A stretch of DNA of 64,000 nucleotides from Acidimicrobiia bacterium. GTDB taxonomy: Bacteria; Actinomycetota; Acidimicrobiia; Spongiisociales; ZC4RG35. Under the pieces are notes generated by a model. It saw only the letters and a list, made by a program, of their open reading frames with translations. It did not search any database and was not told the DNA's origin. The stretch lies in the NCBI GenBank assembly GCA_965203555.1, contig CBDBCY010000004.1:2144001-2208000 (forward strand), read 5' to 3'. Shown here piece after piece: positions 36,402 through 45,920 of this stretch. Position 1 is the first letter of the stretch, and every line of letters starts with the position of its first letter. Made by a program: the position numbers and the translations under genes.

Positions 36402-38984
36402 TCAGGAGGCCAGGCGGAAGCTCACCGTGCTGTCCTCCGCGTATGCATCTATCACCGAGTCCTGGGGCCATCGGGACTCAAGCAGCCTGATGGCCAACGG
36501 GTCGGCCAGCCGGCGCTGGATCACCCTTTTGAGCGGTCGTGCACCATATGCCGGGTCGTACCCTTCCTCGGCCAGGATGTCCTTGACCTCGTCGGAGACC
36601 CGAAGTCGGAGGCCGCGTCCGGCCAGCCGGCGGCCCAGGCGACGCAACTGGAGGTCGACGATCTTCGCCAAGTCCGTGCGGCTGAGCCGCCCGAAGACGA
36701 CGATGTCGTCGACCCGGTTCAGGAATTCGGGGCGGAAGTGGCTACGCACCGCTCCCATCACCCGGCTTTCGATCACTTCGGTCGGGAGGCTGGGATCGAT
36801 CAACTCGGACCCCAGGTTGGAGGTCATGATCAGCACCGAGTTGGTGAAGTCAACCGTGCGGCCCTGACCGTCGGTGAGGCGACCGTCGTCCAGCAATTGC
36901 AGCAAGGTATTGAAGATCTCCGGATGAGCCTTCTCCACCTCGTCCAGCAGGATCACCGTGTAGGGGCGCCTTCTGACCACTTCGGTCAGTTGACCCCCCT
37001 GGTCGTACCCGATGTAGCCGGGGGGAGCACCGATCAGGCGGCTCACCGAGTGCTTTTCGGAGTACTCGGACATGTCGATGCGCACCATGGCCCGCTCGTC
37101 GTCGAAGAGGAAGTCAGCCAGGGTGCGGGCCAACTCCGTCTTGCCCACCCCGGTAGGTCCCAGAAAGAGAAAGGACCCGACCGGACGGTTCGGATCGGAC
37201 AGACCGGAACGGCTTCGCCTGATGGCGTTGGAGATGGCCTGCACCGCACGGTGCTGTCCCACCACCCGGGTGTGGAGATGGGTCTCCAGGTTGAGGAGCT
37301 TGGCAACCTCCCCCTCCAGCATCCGAGCCACCGGCACCCCCGTCCAGTGGGAGACCACCTGGGCAATGTCCTCTCCGGTCACCTCTTCCGACAGCATGCG
37401 GCCCGACGCGGCCAGCTTCTCCAGGTCCTCTTCCTTGCTGGTCAGCTCGGTCTCGAGGCCGACCAGCACTCCGTAGCGGAGTTCGGCGGCCCGGTGCAGA
37501 TCACCGCGCCGCTCGGCCACCTCCGTCTCGGCCCGGGCGCTTTCGATCTGCTCCCTTATGGTGTGAATGGAGGTGATGGCATCCTTCTCCTGCTGCCAAC
37601 GGGCCGTGAGTCCGCGCAGGTCTTCTCTGATGTCGGCCAGCTTCTGCTCCAGTTTCCGAAGGCGGGCCTTCGCCTTCTTGTCGGATTCCATCTTGAGGGC
37701 TTCCCGCTCAATTTCCAGCCGGGTAACCAGGCGGGCTAGCTTGTCGATCTCCTCGGGCATCGAGTCGATCTCGATCCGAAGCCGCGAGGCGGCCTCGTCG
37801 ATGAGGTCGATGGCTTTGTCGGGGAGGTGACGTCCGGTGATGTAGCGGTCCGAAAGGGTGGCCGCCGCCACCAGCGCCGAATCGGTGATCCGCACTCCGT
37901 GATGCACTTCATAGCGCTCCTTCAGTCCTCTCAGGATGGCCACCGCGTCGGTGACCGAGGGAGCGGACACCCAGATAGGTTGGAAACGTCGCTCCAAGGC
38001 GGCGTCCTTTTCGATGTGCTGGCGGTGCTCGTCGGTGGTGGTGGCGCCGATCATGTGAAGTTCGCCCCGGGCCAGCATCGGCTTGAGCAGGTTGGAAGCA
38101 TCCATGGCCCCCTCGGCGGCGCCGGCGCCCACGATGGTGTGCATCTCGTCGATGAAGGTGATTATCTCGCCGTCGGCGGCGGTGATCTCGGTGAGCACTG
38201 CCTTGAGTCGCTCTTCGAATTCACCGCGGTACTTGGCGCCTGCCACCATCGCTCCCATGTCCAGCGCCACGATGCGCTTGGTCTTGAGGCCTTCGGGAAC
38301 GTCACCGTCGGCAATCCGTCGGGCCAGCCCTTCCACGATGGCAGTCTTGCCCACTCCCGGATCACCGATCAGTACCGGATTGTTCTTGGTGCGGCGCGAA
38401 AGGACCTGTATGACCCGGCGGATCTCGTCGTCCCGTCCGATCACCGGGTCGAGCTTCTGGCGGTGGGCCAAGCCGGTGAGATCCCGACCGAAGCGCTCCA
38501 ACGCTCCGAAGGTGGCGTCAGGATCTTCTGTGGTGATGCGATGCGCTCCCCGCAGCTTGGCAAGGGCTTCGAGGATGTCATGGCGGGTGATGCCGTGACG
38601 ACGAAGCAGATCTCCCACCCTGCCTTTGGTGTCTATCAGCGCCAGCAGCAGATGCTCCACCGACAGATAGTCGTCTTTGAACTCGGTTCTTACCCGATCG
38701 GCTGCCTTGAGGACCTTGGAGAATTCCCGGCTCGCCACCGGGTCGGTCCCTCCATAGGCACTGGGCAGTTCTTCCAGAAGTTCCTCGGTCTCCGCTCTCA
38801 GCACGGCAGGCTGGGCCCCGACCGAATCAAGCAGGGGCAGCATGAGACCCTCCGCCTGACTCAACAGCGCGGCCAGGAGGTGGGCAGGAGTGATCTCGGG
38901 ATGCCGCATACGGGCTCCGATACCCTCGGCATCGATGATCGCTTGGCGGCTCTTGGCGGTGAGACGTTCAAACATCTCCGGCAT
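36402..38984 (-). CDS. clpB: ATP-dependent disaggregase ClpB
   Basis: Clp N domain, [21 protein letters not shown], coiled-coil middle domain, [17 protein letters not shown]. Start 38984 or 38975. Confidence 0.96.
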   Translation of the reverse strand: MPEMFERLTAKSRQAIIDAEGIGARMRHPEITPAHLLAALLSQAEGLMLPLLDSVGAQPAVLRAETEELLEELPSAYGGTDPVASREFSKVLKAADRVRTEFKDDYLSVEHLLLALIDTKGRVGDLLRRHGITRHDILEALAKLRGAHRITTEDPDATFGALERFGRDLTGLAHRQKLDPVIGRDDEIRRVIQVLSRRTKNNPVLIGDPGVGKTAIVEGLARRIADGDVPEGLKTKRIVALDMGAMVAGAKYRGEFEERLKAVLTEITAADGEIITFIDEMHTIVGAGAAEGAMDASNLLKPMLARGELHMIGATTTDEHRQHIEKDAALERRFQPIWVSAPSVTDAVAILRGLKERYEVHHGVRITDSALVAAATLSDRYITGRHLPDKAIDLIDEAASRLRIEIDSMPEEIDKLARLVTRLEIEREALKMESDKKAKARLRKLEQKLADIREDLRGLTARWQQEKDAITSIHTIREQIESARAETEVAERRGDLHRAAELRYGVLVGLETELTSKEEDLEKLAASGRMLSEEVTGEDIAQVVSHWTGVPVARMLEGEVAKLLNLETHLHTRVVGQHRAVQAISNAIRRSRSGLSDPNRPVGSFLFLGPTGVGKTELARTLADFLFDDERAMVRIDMSEYSEKHSVSRLIGAPPGYIGYDQGGQLTEVVRRRPYTVILLDEVEKAHPEIFNTLLQLLDDGRLTDGQGRTVDFTNSVLIMTSNLGSELIDPSLPTEVIESRVMGAVRSHFRPEFLNRVDDIVVFGRLSRTDLAKIVDLQLRRLGRRLAGRGLRLRVSDEVKDILAEEGYDPAYGARPLKRVIQRRLADPLAIRLLESRWPQDSVIDAYAEDSTVSFRLAS

Positions 38985-39014
38985 GTGAATGTTGTCCCTT
39001 TCCATATCAGAAAA

Positions 39015-39035
39015 TCTTAGTCTATCTATATCAAC
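39015..39035. promoter_or_regulatory. Candidate degenerate HAIR (HspR operator) upstream of clpB
   Basis: TCTTAGT-N7-TATCAAC versus consensus CTTGAGT-N7-ACTCAAG (4/7 in each half, correct spacing and position). Confidence 0.4.
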
Positions 39036-39089
39036 TGCTCGGTAAGGCCAGGTATTCCAACGATTCAGGCGCGTCCTCCCCGAATGCGG

Positions 39090-39478
39090 TCAGGGGGATC
39101 GGACCACCCGGAGGTCCGGTATTCGGATGAAGGCTTTATCCCGCGAAGCAAGGGGGCACCCCAGCATGATGGCCGTTGCCCCAATCCAGGCATCGGCCAT
39201 CTGCATGCTCCCTCCCCTGGATCGCATTGTGCTGCGTAGCCGGGAACAGGTCTCTATGAGTTGGGGACTTGCCAGATCACAGCGTAATCATCCAAGTGTC
39301 TTGCCAGTTCGTTCCTGCGCCTCGCGCCCCACTTCTTCCAGTACGCGCCATACCAAAGTTCCTCCAGTGTTTGGAATGAGATGATTGCCCGTTGACCCTC
39401 GATGTGTCTTCTGAAATACCTACCGGTGTTGTCTCCATTGAAGATGTGTGACACAACGTTGGTATCCAGGACGATCAA
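39090..39478 (-). pseudogene. PIN-domain VapC-like toxin with a 1-nt frameshift near 39270
   Basis: MIVLDTNVVS...ISFQTLEEL...YAVIW, continuing in another frame as SPQLIETCSRLR...MQMADAWIGATAIMLGCPLASRDKAFIRIPDL. Confidence 0.85.
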
Positions 39479-40332
39479 TCGCTGGGTTCCTCTTGCTCCA
39501 CATCCCGCCCTTGGTGAATGGTGCGCATAAAGTCATCGACATCAAATGGCTCGCTGGCGGTGACGACCTTGTCCGGATCGAAGGTCTTGGGGTTCGGGTC
39601 ATTCAGGAATGCTTCAAGATCGAAGGGTTGATGGTGCGATCGGGTTGCGGTTACCCGGTCTACCACAACCGTCTTCCAATCACCATGGGGGTCGAACCGA
39701 CCGCTGCCCCTCACCTCCACATAGTCCGTCGCCAGCAGTCGCATCGTCTGATCCATCTCTTGATCGAACCGCAGCCGGACGATTTCGCCTGCATGGCTAT
39801 GCAACTGCGCCGTATGTCTCTCCCAGTTCACCTCTTTGAGCCATCCCTGCAACAGGGCCGGGTGGTTATCTGGGGAAGGCTTCGCAATCCGGCGTCTTTG
39901 CCCGATCTCGACTCTTCTACGGTCGGTTCCGGTGCCCAGCCAGACGCGAGTCGTTGGTGACAGAGCAGATGAAATCGCGAAGAGTTTGTCAGTTACCACT
40001 CCCGGCAGAGTGGAGTTCTCGGCGCCGTCCCAATTCAGAAGGGCCTCAAGCGCCGCCGGCCCATGACCGGCTTCGCCGAAGATGTCCCCGGTGGGTGATT
40101 GCAATGACAATTCGACCACGAAAGACCCGGCGGCTGTGGAGATGAGTCGCAGATCGCTCTGGTCGTGAACCCAGTTGGGGAATCTCCCGGTCCTTTGTCG
40201 ATAACCGCCCAGATGACCAACCAGGTGCTGCATGGCAACCTGGATCCCCTTCAGGGTGTCGGTGAAGCTGCGAACCGACACACCATTTTGGCTGATCTCC
40301 GGCCCCTCGAAGGTTACGGTAAGTGGGTCCGT
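39475..40332 (-). CDS. Hypothetical ~285-aa protein translationally coupled to the PIN toxin (atypical antitoxin candidate); likely start codon reads ACG
   Basis: TTGA overlap with the PIN start. Frame extends upstream of GTG 40281 to ACG-GAC-CCA-CTT after an AAGGGG SD. OB-like beta-rich C-terminal half and acidic tail. Confidence 0.7.
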   Translation of the reverse strand, partial: TDPLTVTFEGPEISQNGVSVRSFTDTLKGIQVAMQHLVGHLGGYRQRTGRFPNWVHDQSDLRLISTAAGSFVVELSLQSPTGDIFGEAGHGPAALEALLNWDGAENSTLPGVVTDKLFAISSALSPTTRVWLGTGTDRRRVEIGQRRRIAKPSPDNHPALLQGWLKEVNWERHTAQLHSHAGEIVRLRFDQEMDQTMRLLATDYVEVRGSGRFDPHGDWKTVVVDRVTATRSHHQPFDLEAFLNDPNPKTFDPDKVVTASEPFDVDDFMRTIHQGRDVEQEEPSD

Positions 40333-40370
40333 GGCTGTGATCCCCCTTGGGGTGGGTGTGCTGGGCGATT

Positions 40371-41189
40371 CTAGTGGGCGGTTCGCCGCTGTGGCCCCAG
40401 GTGGAGCTGATTCTTGGGAGAGCCCGGCTTGATGGTTGTCGCAGCTTGCGTGGTGGCACAGACTCTCAGCAGGAATTCAACGATCCAATCTCTGAGGAGA
40501 GCCGCGTCCGGGACCTTGGCGAGAGAGGCCAAACCGGTGTCGGCGGTGGCTTCGGGGATGCGGGTTCCGCGTCTTGATTCGATGATGGCTCTGAGGTAGG
40601 GAACAGGTATTTCGGGATGGCCTCCCACTCCCAGGAAATGGTGTCCCAGGGTGAACATGGAGACGGGGCAATGGCCGGTGGAGGCCAGCAATCGAGCCTC
40701 GGTGGGGAGTCTGGTGATCTGGTCCTGGTAGCTGACCACAACCTGGTAGGAGTCGTGTCGGGGGACCATCCAGTCGGCTCGCCCGGTGACCTTCGTCTCC
40801 GCCACGCCCACTCCCCAGCCCGCAGCTCCCAGGGTGACCTCCCCGTCCAGTGCGTGGGCGATCATCTGCGACCCGAAGCACACTCCCACATGGGGCGACT
40901 TCTCTTCGTGCATGCGGCGCACGAACCCTTCGAACCATTTGATCCATGGTTCGTCGTCGGTCACCGACCACTTGGAGCCGGTGGAGATCCAGCCGTCGCA
41001 TTCGCCGGGATGGTCGGGGTAGTCGCCGCTGAGAAGGTCGTAGGGACGCAACTGTATTTCCGAACGGCCCGAGAAAAGAGCGGTGAACATGTCCTGGTAG
41101 CTCCCAGCGATCGGGAGGAGCTCGGACAGGACGTGGTCGCACACCAAGAGTCCGATGCGCAATCTACGAGGGTTGGGTTCCGATGACAC
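40371..41189 (-). CDS. Type 1 glutamine amidotransferase (GMP synthase-like) protein
   Basis: ISTGS, GVCFGSQ nucleophile elbow, GWGVG, GHPE. Confidence 0.88.
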   Translation of the reverse strand: MSSEPNPRRLRIGLLVCDHVLSELLPIAGSYQDMFTALFSGRSEIQLRPYDLLSGDYPDHPGECDGWISTGSKWSVTDDEPWIKWFEGFVRRMHEEKSPHVGVCFGSQMIAHALDGEVTLGAAGWGVGVAETKVTGRADWMVPRHDSYQVVVSYQDQITRLPTEARLLASTGHCPVSMFTLGHHFLGVGGHPEIPVPYLRAIIESRRGTRIPEATADTGLASLAKVPDAALLRDWIVEFLLRVCATTQAATTIKPGSPKNQLHLGPQRRTAH

Positions 41190-41201
41190 CGGGGCGGGTG
41201 G

Positions 41202-42077
41202 TCACTCCGGGGTAGGAAGGGCCTGGTCGGCAGAGCCACTTCCCAAACCTTCGGGGAACCAAAGCGTCCGTTGCGGGAAGGGAATCACGATTCCCGCCTC
41301 GTCCAGGGCCTTCTTCATCGCCCGACCCGCCCGGTCTCTGACCGCCCACAGCGATTTGCGATCGGAGGGGTGCCAATAGCGCACGTGAAAGTCGATGGAA
41401 GAACTGTTGAATTCCACGAATTCGACGGTCGCCGGGGGTGGGATCTCCACTCCGGGAACGTTGTCGATCGCCTCCTGCAACACCTGTTGGGCATGGTCGA
41501 GGTCCGTGTCGTACGTCACTCCGACCACCAGCGTCGTCCGGCGAAGAGGCGTCTCGGTGAAGTTCACCATGGGGCTTTTCCACACCATGGCGTTGGGGAG
41601 GTACACACGGTCGCCGTCGAAAGTGTCCATGGCCACGGCGCGCAGGGTCATGTCCTTCACATCCCCCTGGTAGCCGTTGGATTCCATCTCGTCTCCCACT
41701 TTGATGGGTCGTCGCATCAGCATCAGCACCCCGGCGATGAAGTTTTCCAGAATGTCCTGGAAGGCGAAGGCAATTGCCAGACCGGCCAGGCCCAGGGCGC
41801 CGACCAGGGGCCCGACCTCCAATTTGAGTATGGTCAGGGAGAAGTACAGCCCAACCACAACCGACAGGTAGACGACCGTCTTTCCCAGGACGATGGCGGC
41901 GAAAGGGGTCACATGGGTTTTCGCCAGACCTCTGCTCAGGGCACGCCGTATCAGGCGACCGCAGATGAGGGCCACCACGATGACTATCACCGCCACGAGC
42001 CATTCGTACCATCCGACGTGGTCCACCAGTGCGGTTACATCATCGGTCGGCTCCTGGGCCAGAATCTCAAAAGGCAT
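41202..42077 (-). CDS. mscS: Small-conductance mechanosensitive channel
   Basis: Three TMs; GLAIAFAFQDILENFIAG, RPIKVGD, IPFPQRTL. Confidence 0.9.
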   Translation of the reverse strand: MPFEILAQEPTDDVTALVDHVGWYEWLVAVIVIVVALICGRLIRRALSRGLAKTHVTPFAAIVLGKTVVYLSVVVGLYFSLTILKLEVGPLVGALGLAGLAIAFAFQDILENFIAGVLMLMRRPIKVGDEMESNGYQGDVKDMTLRAVAMDTFDGDRVYLPNAMVWKSPMVNFTETPLRRTTLVVGVTYDTDLDHAQQVLQEAIDNVPGVEIPPPATVEFVEFNSSSIDFHVRYWHPSDRKSLWAVRDRAGRAMKKALDEAGIVIPFPQRTLWFPEGLGSGSADQALPTPE

Positions 42078-42145
42078 CAGCCCTTAGGCTAAAGCAAGGG
42101 ATTCAGATGGTGTGTCTTATCGGATGAAGTGGCCTGATCGAACTT

Positions 42146-42613
42146 TCAGCCTTGGCAGGCGACCAGTCCGGCTTGGTCGGAGAAGATGGCGTTGGCGTGC
42201 TGCAACTCTCTCACATAGCAGACGATCTCTCTCACCTGCTCCTCCGACACGCCCTCTACCGGATCCATGGCGCCGAAATTCCAGTGGTGTTGTCGGACTC
42301 CTTGGCGGACAGCCAAGAGAAAACTGATATCGGCATGATGGCCCGGTTCGTAGATGATGTGCACCAACGGCGGACCTTCTGTCGTTCCTCCTGCATCGGG
42401 ACCATGACATTCCGAGCATTTGGCAGCGAAAACCTCCCGGCCCCGGTGAGCCGTCTCCGACAGGTCGGGCATGGTCACGACAACTTGGGAGTCGCTCCCG
42501 CCGGTAGATCCGTATTCGGGTTGGCCCTCCTCTCCACAGCCAACGGCCAGAAGGCACAGCAACCCGGCGGCCGAGAACCACATGAGCCTCGGTCGGGTCC
42601 CGCGGCTATTCAT
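42146..42613 (-). CDS. Monoheme cytochrome c lipoprotein
   Basis: Lipobox LAVGC; CSECH heme motif; GPPLVHIIYEPGHH...HHWNFGAM. Confidence 0.88.
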   Translation of the reverse strand: MNSRGTRPRLMWFSAAGLLCLLAVGCGEEGQPEYGSTGGSDSQVVVTMPDLSETAHRGREVFAAKCSECHGPDAGGTTEGPPLVHIIYEPGHHADISFLLAVRQGVRQHHWNFGAMDPVEGVSEEQVREIVCYVRELQHANAIFSDQAGLVACQG

Positions 42614-42746
42614 TATCACTTGAACGTTCCGGGTCAGGGCTTCTCTTCAGCGCAGCTCGCTGTTTGAAGAATTTGACCAGCCCGTAGATGATCATGACGG
42701 CGCCGATCCCGACGGAAATGAAGCTCAACTGGCTGGCAAGTTCCAT
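42606..42746 (-). CDS. Small single-TM protein (46 aa), below the ORF-track cutoff
   Basis: MELASQLSFISVGIGAVMIIYGLVKFFKQRAALKRSPDPERSSDNE*; AGGA SD; stop overlaps the cytochrome c ATG. Confidence 0.6.
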   Translation of the reverse strand: MELASQLSFISVGIGAVMIIYGLVKFFKQRAALKRSPDPERSSDNE

Positions 42747-42809
42747 TCTGTGATTCCTATCTTGGGACGGGGGTCGAGGACAAATCCTACGGGAAGCTGT
42801 TCGCCAAAG

Positions 42810-43841
42810 TCATGGTTGGCCGGTCACAACTTCCGAAAAGCCCGGCCCCGAAGGTCTTTCCAACTGGTCCATGGTGCACTCGAGGGCAGGTTTGTCCGGT
42901 CTCCACCGGTGGAACCGGGTGGCGTGACGGAAGCGGTTGTTCTGCAGTTGGTCGTAGCTGACTTCGATCACCACGCCAGGTTGGACCGGCGTCCACTCCA
43001 TGCTCTTGGCGGTGGACCATCGGCTCTGGGCGCCCGGGGCCCTTGCTTCGGCATCGAAGGAATCGGGCGACCGGAGACCCTCGAACATGGTGAGCATCTC
43101 TACCCGGTCGGCATTGGGGAACCCGGAGCAATGACCTATGAAGTGCAAGGACCCTTCGTCGTTGTAGAGACCCAAGAGCAACGAGCCGATCTTGTCGCCG
43201 TCCTTGTGAACCCGGTATCCCCCCACCACGCAATCGACACTGCGACGGTGCTTGATCTTGATCATCCGTCTCTTACCGCTGAGATACCCCTCATCGAGCC
43301 GCTTGGCCACCACCCCGTCGCATCCCGCCGCCTCGTACTCGTGAAACCACCTTTGAGCCACCGAGCGGTCGGTGGTGGTAGGAGTGAGGTTCCAGGGAGA
43401 AACCAACCTGGTCGCCAACTGTTCCAGTCGCCCTCGGCGCACGGAAAAGGGCCGGTCCCGCAGATCTTCTCCTTCGGCGGCCAGCAGATCGAAGGCGACC
43501 AGTTGAGCCGGAATCTCTTCTGAGAGACGCTCTATCCGACTTCGGGCGGGATGTATTCGCATTTGCAGGGCGTCGAAATGGGTCATGTCGTCGTAAACGA
43601 TTACCACTTCACCGTCCACCACGGTTCCCTCCGGCAGTTGCTCCAACGCCGGGTGGAGTTCGGGGAAGTAGCGGAGCAGGGGGCGTCGGTTGCGGGAGTC
43701 CAGGCGAGGCTCCGGGCCGCTCCAGGCCAGAGTCCGGAAACCGTCCCATTTGGGTTCGTAGGCGAACAATCCCCTGGGCCACCGCTCCCAAACACGAGCC
43801 TCCATGGTGGGCAGAGGGGGCGAGAATGGCCAATGGGTCAT
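42810..43841 (-). CDS. ligC: ATP-dependent DNA ligase (LigC type)
   Basis: YEPKWDGFR, VVDGEVV, AFDLL, DGVVAKR, IKIKH, GSLLLGLY, RFRHATRFHRWRPDK. Confidence 0.9.
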   Translation of the reverse strand: MTHWPFSPPLPTMEARVWERWPRGLFAYEPKWDGFRTLAWSGPEPRLDSRNRRPLLRYFPELHPALEQLPEGTVVDGEVVIVYDDMTHFDALQMRIHPARSRIERLSEEIPAQLVAFDLLAAEGEDLRDRPFSVRRGRLEQLATRLVSPWNLTPTTTDRSVAQRWFHEYEAAGCDGVVAKRLDEGYLSGKRRMIKIKHRRSVDCVVGGYRVHKDGDKIGSLLLGLYNDEGSLHFIGHCSGFPNADRVEMLTMFEGLRSPDSFDAEARAPGAQSRWSTAKSMEWTPVQPGVVIEVSYDQLQNNRFRHATRFHRWRPDKPALECTMDQLERPSGPGFSEVVTGQP

Positions 43842-43899
43842 GGGTCGAAAGATTACGCCGATGAGAGTCGGCAATGGTGCATAGGTACACCTTGAGGAG

Positions 43900-44115
43900 T
43901 CAAGAGAACATGGAGACCAGGCTCCAGATGACCATCAAGGCGCCGGCCGCCATCATGAAGACCGCCCGCCGCGGGCGAAAGTCTCCTCTCTGACCGGGAG
44001 GGGGTCGTCCTTTGAGGTGCCGGAAGGTGGCCCAAACGTTCCCGGCCAGCAAGGCCAGCCCGATGGCTAGGATCATCTGTGTGACCAGGGTGTCCAGTCC
44101 AAGTATCTCAGCCAT
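43900..44115 (-). CDS. Small two-TM hypothetical membrane protein
   Basis: MAEILGLDTLVTQMILAIGLALLAGN...AVFMMAAGALMVIWSLVSMFS; GGAG SD. Confidence 0.65.
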   Translation of the reverse strand: MAEILGLDTLVTQMILAIGLALLAGNVWATFRHLKGRPPPGQRGDFRPRRAVFMMAAGALMVIWSLVSMFS

Positions 44116-44177
44116 GCTCCGTCTCCGCCGATTTGCTTCCTTCCCCATGATGGCAGGGTCCCGGGGGATAATCTGAA

Positions 44178-44957
44178 ATGGCCCGCCCGGCACAGATTCT
44201 GAGGGTCTTCACCGACGGAACCACCGGTGGGAATCATCTGGGGGTGGTGGCGGACACCGTGAATCTGGACGCCGGGCGCATGCAGGCCATCGCCACCGAA
44301 CTCGGGTTCAGCGAAACGGTGTTCATTGATTGGCGGACCGGAAGGGCGCCGCATGTCCGCATCTTCACACCTGTGTCGGAGTTGCCCTTTGCCGGACATC
44401 CCCTGGTGGGGGCCGCCTGGCTGTTGCTCCGCGCCGGTCCGGGGGGAGTGGACCGGGTGACCTGCGAGGTAGGAGAGGTGAGCATATTCACCGAAGGCGC
44501 CGGGGTTTGGATCGAGCCTCCTTTCGCGCAGCCCGTCCGGACCCGGGAAGATCCCCCGACTCTCGGCTGGTGTTCTCCCATCCGGGCCTGGGAAGTGGAA
44601 ATGCCGCTTCCCTATTCAGTGTGGGAAATGGATACTCCCGATGGCGTGGGCGCCCTCCGGGAGCCGCCGGCCGACTTGGGATTGACCCTGGTATGGGCAT
44701 GGGAGTCTCCGCCGGATCGTGTGAAAGCCCGTTTCTTCGCTCCCGGAATGGGAGTGGTGGAGGATCCCGCCACCGGGAGCGCGGCGGTTGCCTTGGCGGC
44801 GGCGCTCCGTTCAGACGGAATGGCGTCGGGTAGGGTAAAGATTTCTCAGGGGGCGGAATTGGGCCAGCCGTCCCTGATAAACCTGAATTGGGAAGGAAAC
44901 CGGTGCCGGATAGGGGGTACGGTTGTTAGGGATGGAGTCAGGGAGATGAAATGGTGA
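44178..44957 (+). CDS. PhzF family isomerase/epimerase
   Basis: GNHLGVV, MQAIATELGFSETVF, RIFTPVSELPFAGHP, EDPATGSA. Confidence 0.92.
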   Translation: MARPAQILRVFTDGTTGGNHLGVVADTVNLDAGRMQAIATELGFSETVFIDWRTGRAPHVRIFTPVSELPFAGHPLVGAAWLLLRAGPGGVDRVTCEVGEVSIFTEGAGVWIEPPFAQPVRTREDPPTLGWCSPIRAWEVEMPLPYSVWEMDTPDGVGALREPPADLGLTLVWAWESPPDRVKARFFAPGMGVVEDPATGSAAVALAAALRSDGMASGRVKISQGAELGQPSLINLNWEGNRCRIGGTVVRDGVREMKW

Positions 44958-45014
44958 CCGCCGTTATCCGGCCGAGAGTGGCATGCCGGCTGGAACGACG
45001 TAAACTACCGGCCT

Positions 45015-45920
45015 GTGGCTAGCGGAGGATCACGTCTGGCGGTGCTGGCCGCGCTGGTGGCGAACTCCACCATAGCCGTGGCCAAGTTCTTCGCCTTCTT
45101 CATCACCGGTTCGGCCGCCATGCTGGCCGAAGCCATCCACTCGGTGGCCGACTCCTCCAACCAGGGTCTGCTTCTGTACGGATCGAAGGCCTCCCGGCAG
45201 CCGGCCGACCTCAGCCATCCCTTCGGCAGGGGCAAGGAGATTTATTTCTGGAGTTTCCTGGTGGCGGTGATGCTGTTCTTCGGTGGGGGAGTCTGGGCTT
45301 TCCTGCACGGTTGGGAGGCGATAAGCCATGCCGAGCCGCTCGGCGATCTGAGAGCCAGCTTTATCGTGCTTGGGTTTGCGCTGGTGCTGGAGTCGATCAG
45401 TTTCGGGGTGGCGCTTCGCGAATTCAATCGCCATCGGGGCGCTACGCCGGTGTGGCGAGCAATACGAGAGTCCAAGGACGCTTCCTTGATCGTGATTCTC
45501 CTGGAGGACACCGCTGCCATGTTGGGTTTGATCTTTGCTCTGGTGGGCACCACCGCGGCCTGGGCCACTGGGGACTCCCGCTGGGACGGGGCGGCTTCTC
45601 TTTTGATCGGGCTCATGCTGGCGGTGGTGGCGGTGCTGTTGGCCGCTGAGATCAAGGCTTTGCTGATAGGCGAGGCGGCAGGCCGGCGTGACCGGGTGCT
45701 GATCCGCGCCGCGTTGCTGGAAATGGACGAGGTCGCCGCGGTGGGACGCCTTCTCACCATGCACATGGGACCCGACGATCTGCTGGTCAATGTCGAGGTT
45801 GACTTTGTGGACTCACTTGCAGCAGCACAGATTCCTGACGCCATTGCCAAGGCGGAAGGGGCAATTAGAGACCGGATTCCCGAAGCAGGGAATATATTTG
45901 TGGAACCTTATGACCAATAA
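45015..45920 (+). CDS. Cation diffusion facilitator family transporter
   Basis: SAAMLAEAIHSVADSSNQ, HPFGRGKE, EDTAA. Confidence 0.92.
   Translation: MASGGSRLAVLAALVANSTIAVAKFFAFFITGSAAMLAEAIHSVADSSNQGLLLYGSKASRQPADLSHPFGRGKEIYFWSFLVAVMLFFGGGVWAFLHGWEAISHAEPLGDLRASFIVLGFALVLESISFGVALREFNRHRGATPVWRAIRESKDASLIVILLEDTAAMLGLIFALVGTTAAWATGDSRWDGAASLLIGLMLAVVAVLLAAEIKALLIGEAAGRRDRVLIRAALLEMDEVAAVGRLLTMHMGPDDLLVNVEVDFVDSLAAAQIPDAIAKAEGAIRDRIPEAGNIFVEPYDQ

Noticed and set aside
39061-40371. CGATTC direct repeat flanking the PIN module as a target-site duplication
   Set aside because: Only 6 bp, expected by chance, and no terminal inverted repeats.
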